Source: Raillietiella orientalis (taxonomy: Eukaryota). From it: DNA of 64,000 nucleotides. Position numbers and translations under genes: made by a program. How positions within the stretch are numbered: the stretch's first letter is position 1; every line of letters begins with the position of its first letter. Shown here one piece after another: positions 12,255 to 27,240 of this stretch. Below the pieces are notes generated by a model. It worked only from the letters and a program-made list of their open reading frames with translations. It made no database searches and was not told the origin of the DNA. The stretch covers positions 806,001 through 870,000 of the forward strand of contig JAYWIR010000020.1 of the NCBI GenBank assembly GCA_036172245.1, in the 5' to 3' direction.

Positions 12255-12879
12255 ATCGAGATGAAACCGTTATTAGAGATTTCACACACTTTGTGGAGTT
12301 TGAAAATCTCAAGACTGATCTCTACTGATCTTTCCGGGAATTACACACACTTTTTCATGAATTTCTAGGTAATACGCCAGGCTTTCGGAATGTTCTATTG
12401 AAATAATACAGGCATCATTTAACTGCCAACGAATTATGGATGTGCGTATGCAAAATTGACAGACTTCCGCACACGGAAACGTTGCCATGCGCGCAGCGAA
12501 AACGTTCACCGGAGCGAAAACGTCGCCGTCTCCATGGCACGCGCTGGCATCAACAAAATCAATGTTACTGATTGAGGCTCATAACTTTGAATTCGAAACT
12601 TTCCGTTTTGTTCAGTGTGTCCAAGTTCCTAACAGTGTAACAGATTTTAAAAAAAACATTGAATAACAAGTGTGCTGCACGAAATAAATTTTATGCATAC
12701 ATAAGCCGATGCTCTCCTAACAACGTTGGATAGGAAATCAGAATTCAGGAACTTAGATGGCTTCAAATGATCGTTAAACACAAGTTGATAGATAAGAACC
12801 GTACTTAAGTGTTCGCTTCAATTCACTAATGGTGGATAATAGCAGCAGAATTACAAACTGCGCAAGGTCACTGACAATG

Positions 12880-13020
12880 GAATCCAAATTTATTCCTTAT
12901 AAAGTCGACATAAACTTGCAATTTCTGCGAAAGATGATCAGAAACAACAGATGCCATGCACTTTGAAAGCTTTACATAAAGTCTCACTCATACCTCGTTA
13001 CGATTAATGTGAACGATGAA
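12880..13020 (+). mobile_element. Short decayed non-LTR (RTE-like) reverse transcriptase remnant
   Basis: LAISAKDDQKQQ...LKALHKVSL resembles the segment that follows YADD in LINE RTs; frameshifted. Confidence 0.25.
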
Positions 13021-14627
13021 ATTCGTATTGCCTGGCAATGGTTTTGCAGTCTTTTATAGTGACCGCAAAGCCGGATTGAAGCATCCGATCCACGCACAAC
13101 GTGCTATCGAATTCGACGGTAAAGACTTCTATACTTCTATGACCCCAGAAAAGACAGTCTGGAAGACTAGTTTATGATAAATTCCAGACGTCTTGACACT
13201 ATACAGTCATAGGGTAATTAAGAGACAAAAGAAGGACAAGTTTACTCATGAAAAGGAGGCGTCCGAGCGAAAAGTGTACACGAATTTGCATAAAAGCTAC
13301 AGAATCTCCATTACTTCAAGTATTTAGCGCTTACAAACGTAAACACTTACACATGAACAATTCTCATAAGAACCGCCATAAAAATTTGAACGATACAAGT
13401 GATTTACCTTTTGTCAAAGGTGTTTACTCGGTGTCCTTCGGCAGTTCAACACGAAAAATGATAAAGTCGGTTAATGTGTACATAGAAAGTCCCATTCTAA
13501 AAATTTTTTAGTTATTAACATGAAATATCTTTTTCGTGCTTAGAAAGAATACAGGGAACAAGTACAGTTTTGAAGTAACCAGAATAGTAACTACACACCA
13601 AGCAACAACACTTGCATGTTAAACGCAATCTTTACGTCTTTACTTCAAGTGCACATTTCAATGCATCCAGATTTCGCTCGTTTTCACACCCATATTTATG
13701 CATATGTATACAGCATGTTTATACATGTGAATTATATGTATATATATATGCACGCACACACATGTGTAAGTATTATTGAATACCGTAAGTGTAATAGGTA
13801 AATTGGTGTCTCTTCAGGCAAAAAAAATTCGTTACTCGATGAAGATAGCAATTTTTATCAAGTGAGGGCATTTCTTTGGTCATTCCTTTGATTTGCTTTC
13901 TTGCTCATTTATCTCTTGCACGCAATTTACAATTTTCTAAGGTGAAAGCTTTACTCATTTGTTCAGGTATTGTTGTTTATAGATTCATTGATATCAATGC
14001 GCCTATGAGAGCAACATAATCTAAAACAGCAAAGCAAGGATAGAATTTTCATGAATGTTAGAAGGTTGTGCACAAAAGGAATCAAGTTTCTGTACCATGT
14101 TTTCGTGCAAATAGCATCTGTGTGTTCAGTTTAGGAAATCCCATCTTTACATACGCATAAGTAGAAAAATAATGATGGATACGCATAATTAAAAAAAAAA
14201 AATGTCAGCATTCACTGAGCACTAAAATAATTTTCCAATCCCCCCGCACTGACACGGAAATGTCAAAGTCCAGATATGTTTAGGCAGAAAATGGAACCTA
14301 ATAAATCATATAGGTGTTTTACTGCACACAAAGAATTGCAAGGCTCAAGACTTATGCCATTCTAACTTAATTAAACATAATAATTCAGAATTTTTAAAAT
14401 ATCCCATTATTGAAGATTATAGAAAGAAATGATTGTCCAAAATTATTTATATTAAATATAAATTACAGATCGTCAGCATTTCATTAATAAATATGCAAAA
14501 ATTAAAACATATACAAAGCCACTTTTTTTTAATCTCTTCATTTCTCTTTTTTCTATTTTTATTTATGTGTTTTATGCCTTTCTTTTGTAAAAAGATCGGA
14601 TAAAAACATATCACGAATGCACCAGGG

Positions 14628-17600
14628 TCAGTTGAGATCCCTGTCTTCCAAGTACTTATATTCAAAAGTAAACCCATCCTTTTTACGTTGACTCCATTTT
14701 TCAAAATCAAAGTAAATGTAAGTACCAAGTTCAAATTCATCAGTAATAGTCTTAGGTTCTTCATGCCTTTGAAACCACATCATGTACTTGGTGTGGAACC
14801 TCCAACTTTGTTTCTTGAGTGCACGTGCAGCTAAATACTGAGCCCTGCTACCCTCCATATAATAAAAGATGAAAAACAATGTTTCTGTGGAAAGTCGCTG
14901 GAAAAATTCCAGTGAGTCTGAATGAGAAAGTGGAACCTGGAACAAGGAAAGTCAGTAAGATTCATTACCATATAGAAATCATTACCTGAGGGTAATAAGA
15001 TGGAGTGGAGCATGGATTGCGTGGCAAATAGTGCCGAACTTTCTCCGAGTCTGAAGGATGGGGCATATGGGATGATGCATGTTCCAACATTTGTAATTGA
15101 AACTGCTGTTTTTTGGTCAATGGCCAAGGCCCTAAAGGGGATACACCCAAAACTGGTGGAATAAATGCTTCAGATTTCAGTGTTGGGCTGTTAGAAGTCA
15201 CTAAAATAAAGTAAATGATAAGACCATAAGAACAAACTGACTAATTAACCTACCTCGACTGGTACCCAAAGAGAGCTCTCTATCAGTGGACAATAAAGTG
15301 AGTGGCGTTGGTTCTAACATTGGGCATTTTGGACTAAGGGAGGGCATTGGATCAACTCTGCTACCTAAAGGAGAACTGTTTGCAATTGTTGCTGAATTAG
15401 GACCATCAGGTAAAGCAACAAGTGCAGAAGGAGATGCATCAGTGGGAGGAAGAACTGGCAGTACTTCCCTATAACTGGAAATAGGTGAAAAGCATACACC
15501 GTTACTATCATCACAAGCCACAGTAGAGTCTGCAAAGACAACTCAGATACAGTTTTCATTTGGCAAACAAACCTGCACTATTCTGTGTGGACAAAAGATG
15601 AAGATTTACTGGAGGAGGAGGGGAAGGAGAGAGACAGTTGTGAGATATCCCTGATGATGATGAACAATTATTAGGAGTACACTGACACGTGGACCCTGGC
15701 ACCAACTTGACTGGTGATGGGGCAGTTGATTTGGGTGCTGCTGGGGCAGAACTGTTGGGATAAGAATTGTATAACGAACTGGGACAGGAGAGTGACTCTA
15801 AATTATTGGCTTCTTCTCTATGTATTTTCTGCTTATCATCACAAGCTTCATTGGAATGATTACTGAGGCTTGGAGTGCAGACAGGAGAACTGCCAGAAGG
15901 ACTGGATGTGGGAGTAGAACCAGGGGTGATGAGTTCACCAGCAGACTCACTCCCCTGACTTACGGTAGGGGGCTACATAAAATGTAGTGAATAAATGCGT
16001 TTTGTTTAGTGTACCTCAAATGCTGTGTGGTTTAGTTCTTCAAATGGGATTTCGTCATACAAAAACTCATTTTCTTCAAAGTCAGTTTCCTGTGAGTACT
16101 CAATATAATATTCCACATCTTCCTTAATTTTCTTGATCTAAATGTAACAGTACAGATAATGTAGACTATCACAATCAATCACAGTTCCCTCACCTGATCA
16201 GCTTCTACACTCATGTTATCCAGCATACGTAGAAGGGTCTCCAGCATACGAATATGATGCTGATGTCGTTCTATAAGGTACTTAAGCTGATCCACTCGAT
16301 CCTGTCTTTCTTTGTCAACTTTTTTCTTCTTCACTCCTGCCAAGATACTCTCAATCTCGCTCTCAAAGTGGTCAATCTGAGGATGCATCCCAGCTGGCAG
16401 CATCTCAGGGAGATATGCCCATTAACCTGCACATTTAAAGAGTCTATGGAGTATGTCAGCCAATGGCTGATTTCATCACGCTCCTTCTGAGCAGGATCCA
16501 ACTTCTGGGCAGCTCCAAGACCTTCTTTTGAGTATGCTTTAGTTTTGGTTTCCCTCTCCACTACTTTGAATCTTTCCATTTGCTAAAACACAGAAATGTA
16601 AGCAAATGCTGTAAAATACTAGATATGAAACACAATTACACACAGGAATCACAGAATAGGAAATAGCACTTGATGTTTAAACTCACTGTTTCGATTAATT
16701 TTCTGGTCTCAAGAAGGATACTTTTATCTTTGATTTCCCCTGAAGCAATCCAGGATTTAATTTGATCTCTCAATCTCTGCAGTTTCTTGATTTCCTTTTT
16801 GAGATCAGCTTCATACTTCTCCTTCTGATTGCTGTTGGTTGCATTATGGACTTTCATCCAAATATCTTCAAAGGTTTCAACTCCTTCGGAAACTTTTTTC
16901 AAGCATCTATCAATTTCCCCTAAAGTGCATTAATTTTTATTTTATTATCAGGTAACCATCTGGATTGTAATTAATATAATTTCAAATTATGAGTGCTGTG
17001 TCACTATACAAAACCATAGAAGCATGAATCTAGTGAATTCCAACAAAACCTGAACAGAATGGCAATCTCTATCATAAAGTAATGCTGGTACATATCTATG
17101 CATTAACTTAAGTGCAACAAAGAAAAATGGGCACTGACATTGATATTCTTTATATATGTTACAGCAATGATTTCTCCTACTTTCACGTATACTGTTGCTT
17201 TGGAATTTTAGATATTAATAATTATTAAATACATAATCTCTCCCTTTAAACATTTAACAATTAAGTGGAAAACAGTACACTTAGAAAAACATAGAATTCG
17301 AAAAAATTGATTCCTGAACTTTTTAAAATCAAAAACATCAACTAATGATCAATTATTTGTTATCTGGAATTTGGTCATCATTCTGCATTGATGGGAAAGT
17401 ACTATAAAATTTCATTTCTCAACAAACTTAGAAGCAGTACTTCACATTATGGAAAGCTTCACTTGCAGTAGATAACATGAAAACTTTGGTCAATGAAATA
17501 TTTTTTTTAAAAGAAACTCTTTTCAAACTAACTAAGATTTTTTTTTTTTTAACATGTTCGGAATCTGAATCCTTTGTCTCAAATTTTTAACTCCATGGAC

Positions 17601-18967
17601 TTCTCATGAAACTAAAACTGAAATATGAAGTTGATATTCTATACAGGAAAATTAGTATGATTTCTACTCCTTTTTTTTTTTTGTTAACTAGTTTACTTTT
17701 TAGACTCTCTTTCATTCACATTTTTCAACCATTCACACCAAAGTTTCATGGTGTTTTGAAAATCAATTTTTTTACTGACTTTAATTTATAGAATGTTCTT
17801 GATTCACATGAACATTTTTTGCCATTAGAATTGACACAACAATCCTTCATTTCACACATATATGCAATAGACAAATGGATGAGATCAAAAAGTAATAAAC
17901 ATGCATAAAGATGCAGTCTGCCTTAAGTAGCTCATTTTGAAAATTACTTGCATGCAGTACTAACAATAGTTTAGATTTTATGAAGTTAACTAAATAACCT
18001 ACAGAGAAAGTATGTCTGAGGTTAATATGATCAAATCTAAATCAAAGTAGTAGTAGATGTGAAAATATCTATTGATTTTCAGTGGAAATCAACGTAATGC
18101 ATTAATCAAATATGATAACTCATTGAAGGTGGTGCACAAAACATGCTCCAATAATCTCTATTTTGGGAGCAGCAATAACTGTGTACCACACCTAGTTAAG
18201 TAATTGAATATAATTGATTTTAGCATTTCAATATGTAAAATAATGCTTTCACATTCTTATTGAATTAGCCTTTAAGGTGTATGCCAATTTTTTTTTGGCT
18301 GCAATACTTTATCTTAATACATTATGAGTCTAAAAAATCTCTGTAAGATCAAAACCACCCTTAGCAGCATGAAGTAAAACTAAAGCAAGAATCCAACCCA
18401 AGTTTCTAGAGTTCAATAATATTCTGATTAATCATTATTGATTTCGATCACAACGCAATGATTAGCTATTTTCCACTAACTAACCTAAAAATTAATGCTT
18501 TTATAATGAAAAACTTTTTGTGTGCGCCGTACTGAAACGAATTTGTGGACTATTCAAAGAAGCCGCTGAGGCTAATTCGAATACTAAATTGTTTGATTTC
18601 TTCATTTCAAGGTGCAATCTTCGCTTTATAATGGTTTACAATGTTTCAGATCTCGGGAACAATAAGTGCATGAGAGTAATGATTAATCGTATATTTACAC
18701 GGAGCATATGTGGATCATACGAAAAGGGCAAAATGTTCACGTTTCTCGGACATGCTCAATATTAAAATTCCCAAATACGAAATATCTCGTTCAGGACTTT
18801 AACAAGGAGCCCGTGAATGTTAACAACTAATTCGCATTTTCTTTTTTTTTTTGTAAGGATAAGAGTAGCTGACCAAACAGGTACACCTAGGAATATCGCA
18901 TGCATATATTTCTGACTAGTTTGATAAATCTAGTCATATTACCTTGTAACTTCCTCGAAGCTGCCAT
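14628..18967 (-). CDS. CNOT3: CCR4-NOT transcription complex subunit 3 (Not3). First coding exon 18943-18967, ~2-kb intron, then exons from 16919 down to the stop at 14628
   Basis: [29 protein letters not shown]...[46 protein letters not shown], Ser/Pro-rich linker, C-terminal NOT box ([41 protein letters not shown]...[14 protein letters not shown]). Confidence 0.96.
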
Positions 18968-19092
18968 GACTACATCTTCAAATATGCTGCGAGCTTCCAC
19001 ATTATGAATGCTGCAGTTTCAATTTATGGAAACAGTGCACAAATCGTTCGAAATATTTCTTATTCATATTCGGTAAATCCTTCGACAACATT

Positions 19093-19101
19093 CAAGATGG
19101 C
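19093..19101. promoter_or_regulatory. YY1/Pho-like element (CAAGATGGC) in the probable CNOT3 promoter/5' UTR
   Basis: Motif match about 130 nt upstream of the CNOT3 ATG; position and motif only. Confidence 0.3.
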
Positions 19102-22100
19102 TTCTTGCAATGTAAGCTTAGCTTTTCAATTTGTGGTTAACTGTTCCGCATTTTGCCTTGAGTAAAATCAGTGAAACTATGGATCATAACAGCAAATCTC
19201 CAAATTGTCACAGATTAGATTGCATCACTGCATCCAAACAAAAAAATCGTGCTTTTTTTCCAATTGCATCTCCAAATCCCCATACACCCCCTATTTCTTT
19301 CATTGATGGAATTAATAGATGCAATTCCGACAAGGAGTTAAAAAATCATGATGGGTGTAATTAAAAAAATTGTTTTTGGGTGAGAATACTCGTGACGGCT
19401 GCAGTTGCATCTCAGATTCTGGACAATTAAATAAGATGGAAACTTTAATTCGTGTTTCAACTTGTCAATAGCTGAAGCGTTAACTCCAATATGATACATT
19501 GCCAAATTTTTTGCTCCAAAAACAGTTGCACAATATTCTTGATTCAAAATGACGAACTTTTAATTTGCAGATTATTGCAAACATTTCCGAATCTCGACGT
19601 ATCCAAATAATAGCTAAATGCATAAATTAATTCTTTCCATCTTCAAAAATTTCACCAATTCGGAAACTATGATCAACGAGAATTGTTTTCAAAGTGAAAA
19701 CAGAGAAACCAAAAAGGACTGAAAATCAAAATGCTTGATTTCCAAACGGGATGGGGGGGAAAAAAAAGCAAGTACTTTTCTACACAGAATGAAATGAAAT
19801 TCTACATTTTGCGTCGTTGCCCTCAGACCCTTTCAGGAAATTCGGCGATATAGATTATCTTTTTGAATTCATTATTTTGCCATACAAGATATCATATTTC
19901 ATATTTCGAATCTACCAACTAGATCGGCATACTTGCTGCTTTACAGTTCCAGGAAAATATCTAATAATTTTGATAATGGATTTGATGACTGACTTAAGTG
20001 AAACACTTAAGTCAGTCACCTTTCAGGAAAACCTTTTGCATCATTTATTATGTATTACATATGCTATAACTGCGTTATTTTATTTGAACTGCACCGATTA
20101 ATGAAAGTGATAAGAGCTACCATTCTGCTCACTAAATTTGTGTTTATAAGTGCTTAGCTCTAAGTCTAGTCGCATAAGTAAAACTCACTTTGTCATATAG
20201 AAAGTCATTTTTCACCCTTTTAAAGGAAACAACCTAAGCATGACTTTCATATTTTCAGTTTAAAGGTGACATTGCAAGAGGAACTACTATTTACTGATTG
20301 AAAAGTTCATCGAACACAGTGATGGGGGTTAAGAAGTGACGATGGTAAAATGGGGGAATGGAAGATCTTACAGGAAGTGATTTGTAAGTAAACTCCGGTT
20401 TCCATGATAATCAATTTGTATTAGCGTTTGTAAGTAAATGCAATTTTCCTCATGTGTAGTACATTTCACAGACATTTATTTCAGCTTATACAGCCGCTTT
20501 CTTTTTTTTTGCATTGTACAGAACGACGCAAAAAGGGGGCTTTATGTTTGTAAGTATTAGCATCAAATGTAAGTAATAGTTCCCATGTACTGATTTTCAA
20601 ATTGCAAAAGTTTTGATTTTCGAGATATCGATACTTAAATTGTGTTTGATATAAAGATCTCAACAAAGTTTTTTTTTTTATTTTCAAAGGAGACCTAATA
20701 CCTGAAGATTGGAATATGGCTAATAGTTAACAAGGAACAGATGGAAAGAAAGCATATATAGAAGATGTGCCATTTTTTCTATTGATTACCCATGATGTCG
20801 ATCAAGCAACTCAGAATGAAGAGAGAGAGAGAAAAATACACACACACAATTTAGGCAACGAGTACTTGAGAATCCAATTTCTAAAGCCATTCAAAAGCTA
20901 AAAGAGAAATCATATCCAGAATATGCGATGAACAAATTCTTCAAATCTGAAAACTCAGAAAACGTTGATCGTTAGCTCCTTGGCTAATACTGAACCACTT
21001 TCTCTGAAATGATTTTTGAAACTAGAGCATAGAATTGTTTTTTTTTTTTATGCGGATTTTCATTTTTCAAAAACATCAGCGAATAGTTGAAAGCAAATCA
21101 GTCACATTCTTATTCTTCAAGATAGATAAAATCGCAGGTGGGAAATAAAGCGGAATTCAGTGTTTCAGACCAAAAAAAATATTTCTGTTTCCCTTATTTA
21201 ATCAGTCTCATTCATTTCATCAGCAGTTTGCTATGCATTGCGCAAAAATAACTGAGGAGAGGGAAGGGAACGTACACGCTTCGGTTGTACATATACAAAA
21301 ATAACTGTGATCAACTCAACATCACCGAATTGTATAGAAAAAGAACGAAATACATCACAAATTATTCAACACAAAGGTCGTTTAATATCGGGATTTCTCG
21401 ATGCTACAGCTTTCAAAATCTTTTTAGAGGAGACATGGAAATGACTTCGTGTTCTTCTCAACGACATTTATGTACTTTACTGATTTTCGGCATAGGTGAA
21501 AATTACGAAATTTGTGAAGGCGAAGCTGGGGACAACGGATGTGGTTCCTAATAAGGAAACTCGAAAACTCCATTTTCCAGTTTCTACAAATTAGGCACAA
21601 ATGGAATTCAAGTTCTTGAAATATGTTTGTGAACTTTTCCTTATACAGGACATCGTAATGAGAGTATCAATTACTTGTTTAATAATACCGTTTTCGTATT
21701 CGATCTAGCAGACAGAAATGTCTAATGGTCTTAATACATATCATTTGTTTTGTATTCATTGGCATCCACTACTGCACTCTGGTGGCAGTCTGATAGGATT
21801 TGAAAGTACTTTGGAAACATAATCCACAAGGTTTTTTTCCTGACCTAATTTTGCATCGTCGTTAAGATCAAATGAGCACAAAGAAATCAACCAAGAGCTG
21901 ATGATTACTTTTTAAACAACCTTTTAAGGAATCACCAACCAAAGAAAGAAAACAATCTGCGCCCCCATTGCTATTAATACATAGCTTTATCCCCACTTAT
22001 TGTAAGTTCTGTGGATAGCGAAGACAATTACTTCTTCAATGTTTACTAAGTTTGAAAATCTATTGGCAAAGTTCATGGAGATGGACTGAAGTGATAAAAA

Positions 22101-22329
22101 AAAATTAGTCATGGGGGGGAAAAATGTTCCTCAAATCCATTCGTTATTTATTTAATTGATGATATCGGCATATATGCTCATTTTGTTGATGATAGAAGAA
22201 ATCGAAATAGAAAGGTCAACTGAAGAAAGCACGTAGTTTCTTTTTTGTACCTTGGAGAAGAGGAAGAATATTTCTTCTTCTTCTTCTTCTTCCCCCCCTC
22301 CTCCCATTTCTCCGCCTCTTTCACCAAGA

Positions 22330-22616
22330 ACATAAGAACAATCTATGTTTCTTCATCACTGTCCACGTTCTTCTCTCTGTCCAATACTGCAATTTCGTTC
22401 AACTCCAAGGTGGGAAAAGTTTCAACGAACTCCTTTCAGCTGCTTTCAGCGAGAGATTCTTTCTGTTTTTCATGCATACAGCGCGGCCAACCTACCAAAC
22501 GATTGTTGGTTTATAAATGTTGATGATTGCTCATCGTCAAAATTCAGTTTGGTTGTTTTTTATGATGCCAAGTTGACCAAACGATTGTCTGTTTTCCATG
22601 TGATCTTTCCGATACA
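22330..22616 (-). mobile_element. Decayed GIY-YIG endonuclease remnant, probably from a Penelope-like element
   Basis: The minus strand gives CIGKITWKTDNRL (cf. YIGQTxRxLxxRL), then after frameshifts ELNEIAVLDREKN (cf. the ILDRExN of PLE endonuclease C-termini); contains stops. Confidence 0.4.
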
Positions 22617-24369
22617 GGAAAAAAAAAAAAAGGAAAAAAGAAAGACGCACAAGATGTGATCGCTTTAAATACAGTTATGAAGAGAAACATGCATGGGCAT
22701 GTTCTAGGTAGCTAATTGAACTCATTCAGCAGAGTATTGATTTCAGCATTCGGGCTGGGTAGCAGTTTGTTCGATCTTCAAGAAGCAGACAGGTAGGCAA
22801 GCAACCCTCCAAAGTATTTGCATGAGGTAAGCAAACTTTCCTTGTCGCTACTTTTCCAAGCTGCTTGCCTGCTTCAACGAGTCAAGTGACCCCTGGATTC
22901 CAGCGTGGAGTGACAGGAGTTTCAGGAGAACACAGGAAGATATCGTAAGCGTCTTAAGGCTCAGGTTTGAACTCGCTGAGTTTTTTTTTTTTTTTTTTTC
23001 GGTTTTTTTTTTGTTTCCAGATAATTATGCTGTGATACCTTTGTGATATCCGTGATACACAGCTTAAAGAAATTATCAATGCTTTCTCTGAGAGATCGGT
23101 CGAGGACTCACATTAGCATTAGCGGATTTTTTGTGGAGCGCTTCTTTAATTATTCAACACGCGCTATCATGAGATACTTTGAGAAACTCGCAGCCTCATT
23201 CAAGAGAGTCTCCTTGTTACACGGACCAGTTTCTCGTTTCCAAGGGAAACGTGAGATGTTAGTCAAGAATAAGCCGTTCTTTGCACGCCTGTTTTTGCAA
23301 GCACTTGGTGGCTCTAACCTACCACTCCTTTAGTGAAACCTCCTCGTTCTTATTGACGGACTTATCTAGCTTATCTGCATTATGTTGTTAGTCCTCGGTT
23401 TCTGCCTTACGGTACTTGAATGCTCAGACATGACGGCGTATAACTGGTGAGTGATCAATGGGTCATTCATTCCAAGCATTCAGAGAACAAATTAACAAAT
23501 TCAGGGAAGATTTCTGTGAAGGTAAATATGAATTCTTCTGCTGGAAATTTACTTTGTGGATCCATTTGCAAAAATTCAATGCACTGTCCTCGGGGCATTA
23601 GTCTAGGAAATCATGTCTTTTTTCGTATGAAAGCAAGCATGACTGTTCGGGAACCATTTTTCTTCTTTCTATTGTGGAAAAAGAAAATTTGTTCATCCAT
23701 GCTGCACATTATTCGATAAAATGTTGATAAAAATCATCTTGTTTCAGCGCTTTTAGGACACAGTGAACTTTTCCCCTACCATTTGAGTGAGACTTCCTCG
23801 CATTTAAATTGTATTCTTCTCGTTGGTTGTATTATAATTTTCGTTCCTAGTTTCCATTGAAGAACTTCATAGTAGGAAACTTTCGCAATCCATGAGGGAA
23901 AGCTCATCGGCAAAAAAAAAAAAAAAAAAAATTGCGACAACAAATGCTTAGAAGCTCGTCAACATTCAGAAATCAAAAGCTGATTTCCTTGGAGAAAAGT
24001 CCATATAGAAAACTAGCTTTTCGTAGGTATGAAAAATCACTAGAAAATCTCATGCCTGTATAATAATTATTGTGAGCAATTCTTTTGAAAGATTTCATGG
24101 AATAATAATAATAATTTTCTTCACAAAAAACTTTTAAATTGTGTCAGCATATGTTTTTTTTGTTTTTTTAAAAAAACGATCTATTAAACCGATAATTTGG
24201 TTTTCATGCAGCTTTTTTTGGGGGGGGGGGGGCAAGGGGAACTTTTTCTTTTCCTGATAAGAAACTGTGAACTTTCATTTGTGAATGCTTGGTAAAAGTC
24301 AATTTTCAACTAGCAGTGACCCCATGGTCAGTTTCCGTCCTCAATTAGGACACTGTCCGTGCGCAAAGC

Positions 24370-25800
24370 AGCATCGTCAGATAAAGGTAAGCACGCTGGA
24401 GTAAAGTGATAAGGTACGACAAAATTGCAAATAGGCAAAAGAAAAAATCATCTGGAGAATTTAATGGCAAGAGTGTAACGAACTGAGACAAGATCATCCA
24501 TGTGTTTGATGGAGAAAAACGAAAGAGACACAGGGGTGAAGCGAGATGGTTTGAAACGACTTTTGTTCGATGTAAAACCACTTGAAGTGAAAGATTGCGG
24601 GAGGAAGTACAAGTGCTAGAAGGATCGAGGAATCTTACATCCTGGTCCAAAGCCTAAAGTTCACCGTGGAGAAAATAACATCTAGCAGATGAAACATTTC
24701 TGCCTCTGAAACAACTTTATGCCTCCTGAAGAACGCCAAAATTCGATCGGGGGAAAAAGTATTTGTTGTAAAATCCAATTTTCGTTTGTTCTCAGAGGAA
24801 CAGAAAAGAGTCAAAATCAGAAGGGGAAAAACTGGGTACTTGAATTTCTGCATCAGAGTCCCATCGTGCGACCACTTCATAAGACGCAAATTTGTGCCTT
24901 TTGATATGGAATGTTTTTCAGGTTCACCTTGGTTTGCATGGGAACGAAGACGAAGCAAATCTTTTACAGTTGCTTGAGTTGAAACGCATGGAACACATGA
25001 ACTCTATTCTCAAACCTTAGAACCTATGGAACGAATTGAAAAACAGCACAGGCAAATTTGGTGGATGGCGACAAAACGGTCTGATGTCTGTTGGCATCGC
25101 AACGGGAACAGGACACACGCAGTAGCACAAGCAATAAACCTATACTTCCTCACTGACAGCTGGAATGCTCGAGAGTTCATGTTGGAAAATAATAGGTCAA
25201 GCACACTGACACGGAGTTCAGTCACCTAAAAATTATTGCTTAGAATCCCAAGACTGCGTGAACAATATTAGGTTCAGCATTGCATGCGGAGAGATATAGG
25301 GCCGTGGCTTCTCGGGCGTGCAAATCGAACAGTTCCGAAAACTTCCACTGCGAGCTTTTGAATGAGCTAATTTGAATGATGCAGATTTCCTTATCTGCCG
25401 AGAAGGTAGACGACGGAACGCCTCCATACACAAACGTTGCAAAGTGAAAAGAAAACACATGCATCAAAATAGGACTTCTAGGTTTGACGTTTCAATCCTC
25501 TGCTGCAACATTTCGTCTGAAGCAGTACTCAGGGTACACACTGGGTTACTACATATCCAGGACACACGAACAGGGATGGATATTCGCTTCTCTGAACACA
25601 AGGAATCGAAGGAAGAAGAAAGAGAAAAGTTTCAGTCTCATGAGAAGTATGGAGGGGATCGAGTAGAATAGTAGTAAATGTTTGATGAGATTGCAACAAC
25701 GGCGAAGGCTTACAGTGCTGGAAAAATCAATGTTCCACGAATACAATAATCGTGCACGAATGCAACGCCTTCCCTGAGAAGATGAAGACTTTGATTTTCG
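24370..25800 (+). mobile_element. Decayed Penelope-like retroelement (RT + GIY-YIG)
   Basis: Motifs in PLE order across frames: SDKG (DKG at 24380), PKVHR (24653; cf. PKIHK), FVPFDMECF (24891; cf. FDVxSLF), GIATGT (25093; cf. GxxMGS/T), YYIxRT...IRFSEHK (~25550-25600; GIY-YIG). Many stops and frameshifts. Confidence 0.6.
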
Positions 25801-27240
25801 ATGGAACCCCAAGTTGCCATCCAATTTTATGCAAGATTCATACCTGATTTTCTTCTATTTTCGCAATGGAACCAACTAACAGCACGTCTTTTTATGTATA
25901 GGAATCACATGATCATCACCATTCATGATCATTCTTTTCCTCATTATTAAGTTCGACCGAGCACTTTGAAATTTTTTTTATTTCGAAAGAGTCGCAGTTT
26001 GATGGAAAACTTCATAATGGAAAGTTATTTGGCTTTCGCTTTACTAACTTTTGACCTGAATTCATCACCGGAAGGAGTATCTTAACAAAATATGGTAAGG
26101 TGTTCCAGTGCTTTTGCTAGGGACCATTACGACAGAACACAAGGCGTCTTTTTTTGCATCTCGGAGAGCTTCATGATGTCAACAGGGATCACAGAGATGC
26201 TGTCGTCATTTGAACACACTTTGGCAACCGCAGGTCTCTCTTGGAAACGTTCCACAACTTACAACAAAACAGTTTGAATAGATATGAGATCTTCTGAAGT
26301 GGACATAACCGACATCTGTCGCCGTCGCCCAGAAGTTAACAGGGTGGATCTAATATCGATGACATTAAAAAGTAGATATAAAACGAAAAGTTCATTCAGA
26401 TTTTTGGATGATTCAGATGAAAGGAGTACCCCAAATTAATGAACCCTTATTCTATTTCATCGAATTCGTGTAAGGCCAGAATGGTCGCGATAAACAGAAA
26501 CCGTTTCACCTCCATAAACTCCAAGACACTCAAAACGACCGGCTGAAATAACGCCATAGATAAACGCCATTAAAGATGAAACTACGACTCACCGATCTCA
26601 GTAAGTCATTTATCAAAGAGTTGTGAAATACTTATAATCTGCGTTCCTGTGTGCATTCAATTACAATACAGCCACTGCTGCTCTCTTTTTAGTTTCTCAA
26701 ACTTGGAAGAGTGACCTAGTGGGTGTGGCCGAACCTGAGTTCATTTTTCACATCGATGCAACATCACCGATCAACGTGGAATTACAGTGAGGATAAGGTT
26801 CACAACCGCAGTCTAGCTGAAGGTAGGCTGCTTCTCGCAAAGGTTCGGTCTCTCTAACTTGGGTGACTCTTAACAACAGTTGCACTTATTGCAAACGCAT
26901 CATTCGTATTATGCATTCAGCATCACTCATAATCAATGGATTGTTTCAAGCAGTGTCCTATGAGAACCCAATCTGTGAAGACAATTGAATCAACATCTCA
27001 GCACACCGACGATCGTCTCGTTCATCCCCGTATTCTGAGCACATGGAAATGACAAGAGAGACACTTTCATGTTTTTTTTTTCTTCTTCTTCTTCTTCTGA
27101 GGACATAATCCCAAAGTTCGTGCAATAAGTAAATGTACACACATATATATGCGCATGAAATGTGTACGCTTGTGCGATGCATCTGCTGGAGAAGATGCGA
27201 AATTGCTAATGTGTACCTGACGGAATTCCACAACAGACGC

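Noticed and set aside
19131..19547. Short ORFs next to the CNOT3 start, suggesting a divergent gene
   Set aside because: Stops in all frames and no identifiable motif.
22957..23012. tRNA T-arm/B-box-like GGTTTGAACTC followed by poly(T)
   Set aside because: No cloverleaf or A box; at most a SINE trace.
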